Assembly: GCA_036339235.1 (NCBI GenBank)
Contig: JAYZCA010000274.1
Location: forward strand, 1 to 33,429
Direction: 5' to 3'
DNA from: Candidatus Latescibacterota bacterium
GTDB lineage: Bacteria > Latescibacterota > UBA2968 > UBA8231
Length of the DNA: 33,429 nt
The notes beneath the pieces were generated by a model. It worked only from the letters and a program-made list of their open reading frames with translations. It made no database searches and was not told where the DNA came from. A program made the translations under genes and the position numbers. Shown one piece after another: positions 28,635 through 33,429 of this stretch (position 1 is its first letter; each line of letters begins with the position of its first letter).

Positions 28635-29711
28635 TTACGCGGAAGCCACGGTGAGTTCACGCAACCGATCTTCATCGAGTTCGACACCGAGGCCTGGTCC
28701 ATCGAAGGGATACAGGTAACTGCCCACGGCGCGCACCCGCTCTTTCGCCGGTGACGTCGTGTAGAGTACAGGCCCCATCGGGTCGCAGGGCAAGGTCACC
28801 TGCGGTGAGCTGATGCCCACCGCCACCTGGGCGCTGACGCCGAGGGTGGACTCCTGGTCGGTCCCGATCAGGCACTTCATGCCCGCCGCCTCCCCCACGG
28901 CCAGGATTCGCTTGATGTGTGTCGGGCCTCCGGACACACAGGCCACGTTGAAACCAGTGCAGGCGCCGGTATCCGCCGCCTCGTACGCCTGCCGCGGCGT
29001 CTGGATGTGCCACGTCACTGGCAGGTCGACGCGTTTCGTGAACTCGGCGCTCACACGCATGTCGCGGCTGGGCTGCTCGAAATGGTAGGGCTCGTGGTGC
29101 CGCAACGACTCGCCGTAGCGCAGCACCTCCTGCCAGTCGCTGAAGCGCCCCGAGAAGTCCACCGACTTCAGCTTGATCTCATCGCCGTGGCGCGCCTTCA
29201 TCTCGGTGAGAAAACGGTTGTCGAGGTCGGCATCTCCGGAGACGTAGAAGCGGAACAGATGATGCCCCAGATCGACAAGGCGCTGCAGGTACGACCCGGC
29301 ACGCTCGAAATCCTCCTTCACTTGCCAGCCGAAGATCGGGTAGCAGCAGTAGAGGCGATCACGCACCTGACCGCCCAGCAGCTGATAGGCCGGTACGCCC
29401 TGGACCTTGCCGTTCAAATCGTAAAGGGCGAGGTCGATGGCCGACGCCACGTGCCTGTCCGAGACCGTGCTCGTCCACTTCCGGGACAGCATGTACTCGT
29501 TGATCTCGTTGATCTGCCGTGCATCGCGCCCCTTCAGCTTTTCTTTCAGCATCGCCGCCAGAGCCCCTACGTCCTGGCACTTGCTGTCCGACGCCTCACC
29601 CAGGCCCACCGGGCCGTCCTCGACGTGAACCTTCACCAGTGTGTGGCCCGATGTGTGGCCATAGAACCGGGGCGTCTCTATCTGAATAACTTCGATCTGT
29701 TGGATCTTCAT
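28635..29711 (-). CDS. Enolase-superfamily (MR/MLE fold) enzyme, galactarate dehydratase II-like clade
   Basis: GLGEAS, AIDLALYDLNGKVQGVPAYQLLGG, YPIF, FRFYV, KSVDFS, FEQP, TWHI, GTDQE, DPMGPVLY, GPGLGVELD. Confidence 0.88.
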   Translation of the reverse strand: MKIQQIEVIQIETPRFYGHTSGHTLVKVHVEDGPVGLGEASDSKCQDVGALAAMLKEKLKGRDARQINEINEYMLSRKWTSTVSDRHVASAIDLALYDLNGKVQGVPAYQLLGGQVRDRLYCCYPIFGWQVKEDFERAGSYLQRLVDLGHHLFRFYVSGDADLDNRFLTEMKARHGDEIKLKSVDFSGRFSDWQEVLRYGESLRHHEPYHFEQPSRDMRVSAEFTKRVDLPVTWHIQTPRQAYEAADTGACTGFNVACVSGGPTHIKRILAVGEAAGMKCLIGTDQESTLGVSAQVAVGISSPQVTLPCDPMGPVLYTTSPAKERVRAVGSYLYPFDGPGLGVELDEDRLRELTVASA

Positions 29712-29715
29712 CGGG

Positions 29716-30909
29716 TTATCCTCTCGTCACGATCGGCTCCGGTGCCTCGGCTTCCCATTCCGGTCCGGCCAGCGCCGTCGCCAGAGTTCGCGCCACGCTG
29801 ACCGCATGGGCGCAGGTCGCCTCCTCGGTGATCGTGTAGATCTGGTAGCAGTACGAAAGCGTGCCGAAGCGATCCGCCAGGTTTGTAAACTTGCCGGCGT
29901 CGCACATGGGCGTATCACGCGCGATGGTTGTCACCCGCCAATCGCTGTTGAGGGCGAGCAGAGCTTTGTCCACGCTTGCGAGCAACTCCCGGCGGTCATC
30001 ATCAGCGAACCACTCGGACGCCATCGGATTCAGCTTGTGGTGCCGTACGTCCTGGTAGTGGGTGTGGAACTCCATGTAGGACAGTGGGTGCAGCTCGTTT
30101 GCGTAGTCCCAGAGAGCCCGTGTCTCCAGCGGCGCGGATTCCCCTGCCAGCAACCGTCCGAAGCTGAACATCGGGACCTCAGCCACACCGTTGGTGCACG
30201 AACGCCCGTGGGCGGTACCGTCCGGATTTGGAAGGGGTATGAAGGCGAAGCGAAATCTCTCGAGCAGGCGTTTTGTCAGCGCGCTGCCGTCCGTCAGCCA
30301 ATGCGCGATGGCCAGCACGGGCCGTGCCGCGGGCTCGGCAGGCTGCATGGTGGCTCCGAAGAGAATCGTGTCGTCGTAGCGGTAGCCCGTGGATTCAAGG
30401 GCAACGATGGGCCTATCCCCGGCGGTGCGCCCCAGATCACGGATGTCGAATGGGCCGTGTGCGGCCAGGGCCTGCATCTCGTCGAATACGTCGTCGCCGT
30501 GAGCGAAGGGCTTGTTGGCGACGTGGACCAGCTCCCCCGGGGCCAGATGCAGATCCAGATCCACGTGCGAACGGTCGACGAAGCTTGTGTCTATCGACGG
30601 GATCGGCCACCAGCGACCGTGTCTGAGAATCCAATAAGGAGGTGCCATATAGGAGGCACCGTTGGTCTTGGTGAAGTTGAATCGCACGCGTACGTCACGA
30701 GGCTCGTCGGCGTCACTGGCAACGCGCACGTGACAGGCGTACTCGCGCGGCACGCCGGCGCCGCCGAAGTGCACGCCCAATGCCTCGAAAAACCAATCGG
30801 GCACTTGTTCCGGCTTCGGATCGATTTCTACCAGGCCCTCCTGGCTCGTACGGATGTCGCCGGCGCTGCCACCCTCGAATTCGGCATCGATGTCAAGCAC
30901 TTCACTCAT
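29716..30909 (-). CDS. M14 zinc-carboxypeptidase-fold protein with atypical active site
   Basis: IDAEFEGGS N-domain start, LGRTAGDRPI, MQPAEP at the HxxE position, LLERFRFAFIPLPNPDG, MEFH. Start at MSEVLDI (30909). Confidence 0.75.
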   Translation of the reverse strand: MSEVLDIDAEFEGGSAGDIRTSQEGLVEIDPKPEQVPDWFFEALGVHFGGAGVPREYACHVRVASDADEPRDVRVRFNFTKTNGASYMAPPYWILRHGRWWPIPSIDTSFVDRSHVDLDLHLAPGELVHVANKPFAHGDDVFDEMQALAAHGPFDIRDLGRTAGDRPIVALESTGYRYDDTILFGATMQPAEPAARPVLAIAHWLTDGSALTKRLLERFRFAFIPLPNPDGTAHGRSCTNGVAEVPMFSFGRLLAGESAPLETRALWDYANELHPLSYMEFHTHYQDVRHHKLNPMASEWFADDDRRELLASVDKALLALNSDWRVTTIARDTPMCDAGKFTNLADRFGTLSYCYQIYTITEEATCAHAVSVARTLATALAGPEWEAEAPEPIVTRG

Positions 30910-31187
30910 CTCTGACTGGGAAGTGGGACCTTCTGTTGGGCGAGAAGGGTACGATGTCGTGTGGAGTGCACCAAGCCGACGTCGGCAGTTCGGGGACACG
31001 GAGGCCAGTGGCCTATATTCAGATACGATGAAGGTACGGACGCACATCATGGGCGCCTGGACGCGCAATCGCACGTCGTCTCAGATGCCGGCATCGATCT
31101 ACGATTCTGCATGATTCCCTATCGATATTGCCCTCTTTGTTCCTGACCTCCACGCATCCTGACTTGCGGGTCGCAGTTGGGCGAACC

Positions 31188-33419
31188 ATGAACTTGCCAG
31201 TGAGATTCGCCTTTCTCCTGGTGTTTCTTGTCGCCCTGCTGTTGCACAGGCCTTTGCCCGAACCGGCGTGGTTGCAGGTGGACGAACGATCCTTCGTCGA
31301 GTTTCCCCTTGGCTTCTTTGGCGGCGATCTCAATCCGCATTTCTTCAACTACCCGACCCTGCACTTCTACCTCTGTGCTGCACTCGACTACGTCTGGTTT
31401 CTGCTGTCCGGCTCCGACTCCCTCGAGAACTTTGTCGCCTATCGCTGGTTCGTGGACGGTTTCGACATCATCGTCCTGGCGCGCGCCCTGAGCACGGTCA
31501 TGTCCGTTGCCACTGTCGTCGTGGTCTGGCGCATCGGGCTGCGACTCTACGGCCCCGTGGCTGGTCTTGGCGCCGCTCTGTTCCTGGCCCTGATGCCCCT
31601 TCATGTGCGTTTCGCGCATCTGGCCGCCACCGACTCGCCCGCCGTATTGTGGCTGAGTCTGTCGCTGCTCTACGCTGTGCGCATCGTGCAGGAGGGACGG
31701 CTGCGGGATTGCCTTTGGGCGGGGCTGTTCGTCGGTCTCGCTGGTGCGACGAAGTATCCAGGTGCGCTGGTGGCGATCCCCGTGGGCATGTCGGCGCTGC
31801 TGCGTTGGCCGACGTGGCGCAATCCGGGTCTGGTCCTGGCTGCCGCTGCGTCTTTGCTCACCCTTGCCGTGACATCGCCCTACACTTGGCTCGACCCGGC
31901 AGCCTCCTGGGCCGGCCTTTCGCAGATGGGCCGCGAACACCTGCTCAGCGACATGCATGCCGGTGGTGAAGGCCGGGGCGTGACGGTATTGCGCGTAAAC
32001 TTGCGCTATGGATTCGGGTTGATGAGCCTGGCCCTTGGTGTCGTGGCGATCCTATGGCCCTGGCGATGGCGACGCGACGAGCTCGTGCTTCTGGCTGCGA
32101 TCATCCTCTTCGGCACCCTCGTGCTGTCAGCATCTTCCCTGTTCATGCGTTACTGTCTGCCGCTGGCACCACTCTGGAGCGTGCTGGTGTGGCGGCTCCT
32201 GCACCGGCTTGAGGCACGGCGTGTATGGCAGCTGGGTTGCGTGGCTCTCGTGCTTGCCGAGCCGGCATGGGGCTCCTGGCAGCATCGTCGGCTGCACGGT
32301 GGCCCTGATACTCGCACCGAGGCCATCGCCTGGACCCTGGAGCACTTGCCCTCGGGAGGTCGGTTGGTACAGATGCAAGGCCGGGCCGGGCAGACACGAC
32401 GCCTGTTCACACCGGTTTCAGTCATGGTGCGACTACAGCCCTTTGAGCGCGTCTTCGGACTCGAGCGGCTCATTCGGGCCTTTGAGATCCTGCATCAACG
32501 ACAGGATCTTCCGCCGCTATACACCTACTACGACCTCAACGCCCTGGCCCGGTCGACGGCGAAGACGTCGGCAGAGACTCTCGACTCCACCCTCGTCTTG
32601 TGGTATGAGCACCCGCTGCGTCCGAATGACGACAAGCCAGCCCTGGCCCCGGTCGTGGATCGCATCGACTGGTTGGCCTCCTTCTCGCCGGGCCCCATGC
32701 CAGAGGCCGTGTTCGATCAGGTCGACTGGCACTTCGTACCCGTCGGCGGCTGGCGTGACGTGCACGCAACGGGGCCGTCGATCCGCGTCGGCCGTGCCCC
32801 CCTCAACTTCCGTACGCCCGTGCCGTCGAACCGGCAGTTCCTCAAACTGATGCACGATATCCAGGCCGGGCGTCTGGCGGCACGCCAGCAGGACTGGGCG
32901 GGCGCCAGACGGCATCTCGGCGAAGTCCTGCAGACACCCTATCACCTCGAAGAGCTTCTGACACCATCTGTGCGCTACGATGTGCTACTCAAGCTTGGTG
33001 TCGCCGGGTTCTACCTGGGAGACCACAGGGCCGCCATCGACCGCTGGCACCATGCCGCACGGCTGAAGCCGGAAATGGCGGAGCCACACTACAACATGGG
33101 ACTGGCCTACGACGCCCTGGAGCGCCATGCAGAGGCCGTCGCCCGGTACGAACGCGCCGCTGCACTGCAGCCGGACAACGCAGACATTCTCTATAGCCTG
33201 GCACAGAGCCATGCGCGTCTCGGCCGCTATGTCGAGGCGATAGCCGCCTATGGCAGCGCCCTGCAGCTGGCGCCCTCAGCAGAGGGTTATGCCGACTTCG
33301 GCCGCATCCTGCAGATCAGCGGCCGGCCTGAGGAGGCGAAGGCGGCCTTCGAACAGTCTCTGCGGCTGACGCCCGACCATACACGTGCAGCCGACATCCG
33401 GTTGATGTTGAGACGCTGA
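31188..33419 (+). CDS. GT-C fold (PMT_2/GT39-like) membrane glycosyltransferase with C-terminal TPR repeats
   Basis: VDE loop motif, LNPHFFNYPTL, ARALS, AGLGAALFLALMPLHV...ATD, GLAGATKYPG, MRYCLPLAP, DTRTEAIAW; about four C-terminal TPRs (AEPHYNMGLAY, ADILYSLAQ, AEGYADFGRIL). Confidence 0.85.
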   Translation: MNLPVRFAFLLVFLVALLLHRPLPEPAWLQVDERSFVEFPLGFFGGDLNPHFFNYPTLHFYLCAALDYVWFLLSGSDSLENFVAYRWFVDGFDIIVLARALSTVMSVATVVVVWRIGLRLYGPVAGLGAALFLALMPLHVRFAHLAATDSPAVLWLSLSLLYAVRIVQEGRLRDCLWAGLFVGLAGATKYPGALVAIPVGMSALLRWPTWRNPGLVLAAAASLLTLAVTSPYTWLDPAASWAGLSQMGREHLLSDMHAGGEGRGVTVLRVNLRYGFGLMSLALGVVAILWPWRWRRDELVLLAAIILFGTLVLSASSLFMRYCLPLAPLWSVLVWRLLHRLEARRVWQLGCVALVLAEPAWGSWQHRRLHGGPDTRTEAIAWTLEHLPSGGRLVQMQGRAGQTRRLFTPVSVMVRLQPFERVFGLERLIRAFEILHQRQDLPPLYTYYDLNALARSTAKTSAETLDSTLVLWYEHPLRPNDDKPALAPVVDRIDWLASFSPGPMPEAVFDQVDWHFVPVGGWRDVHATGPSIRVGRAPLNFRTPVPSNRQFLKLMHDIQAGRLAARQQDWAGARRHLGEVLQTPYHLEELLTPSVRYDVLLKLGVAGFYLGDHRAAIDRWHHAARLKPEMAEPHYNMGLAYDALERHAEAVARYERAAALQPDNADILYSLAQSHARLGRYVEAIAAYGSALQLAPSAEGYADFGRILQISGRPEEAKAAFEQSLRLTPDHTRAADIRLMLRR

Positions 33420-33429
33420 TCATCGGTGT

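Noticed and set aside
30910-31187. ~280-bp spacer with short ORFs between the M14 and GT-TPR genes
   Set aside because: No RBS-supported ORF, repeat or RNA motif that I could recognise.

Overview
GC-rich bacterial chromosomal segment, densely coding (~28 genes). I found no rRNA, tRNA, CRISPR array, integrase or transposase. The gene mix suggests an uncultured diderm heterotroph such as Latescibacterota or relatives (inference only). Left to right: an uncalled 51-aa CxxC/CxxC microprotein with a perfect 36-bp palindromic terminator; an ALDH; an internally shortened GNAT; an aldo-keto reductase; a frameshifted OmpA-domain gene; an SH3-domain protein leading a MacAB-type ABC exporter operon with two periplasmic adaptors; a metallophosphoesterase; a Gfo/Idh/MocA oxidoreductase; a pair of amidohydrolases, one lacking metal ligands; a SIMPL gene followed by the orphan C-terminus of a second SIMPL gene; a YkuE-type phosphoesterase; an operon of CHAD-SMP30 fusion, sensor kinase, sigma-54 response regulator and secreted coiled-coil protein; a class V PLP enzyme; an esterase; and two GT-C glycosyltransferase-TPR genes flanking a vWA lipoprotein and a three-gene catabolic operon (atypical M14 hydrolase, galactarate-dehydratase-II-like enolase, PhyH dioxygenase). 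The best candidates for something new are the CHAD-lactonase/two-component operon, the three-gene operon with non-canonical active sites, the paired GT-C/TPR genes, the amidohydrolase/pseudo-enzyme pair and the microprotein. Several deletion or frameshift scars mean assembly error must be excluded first. All family calls come from motif recognition by eye, not from database searches.
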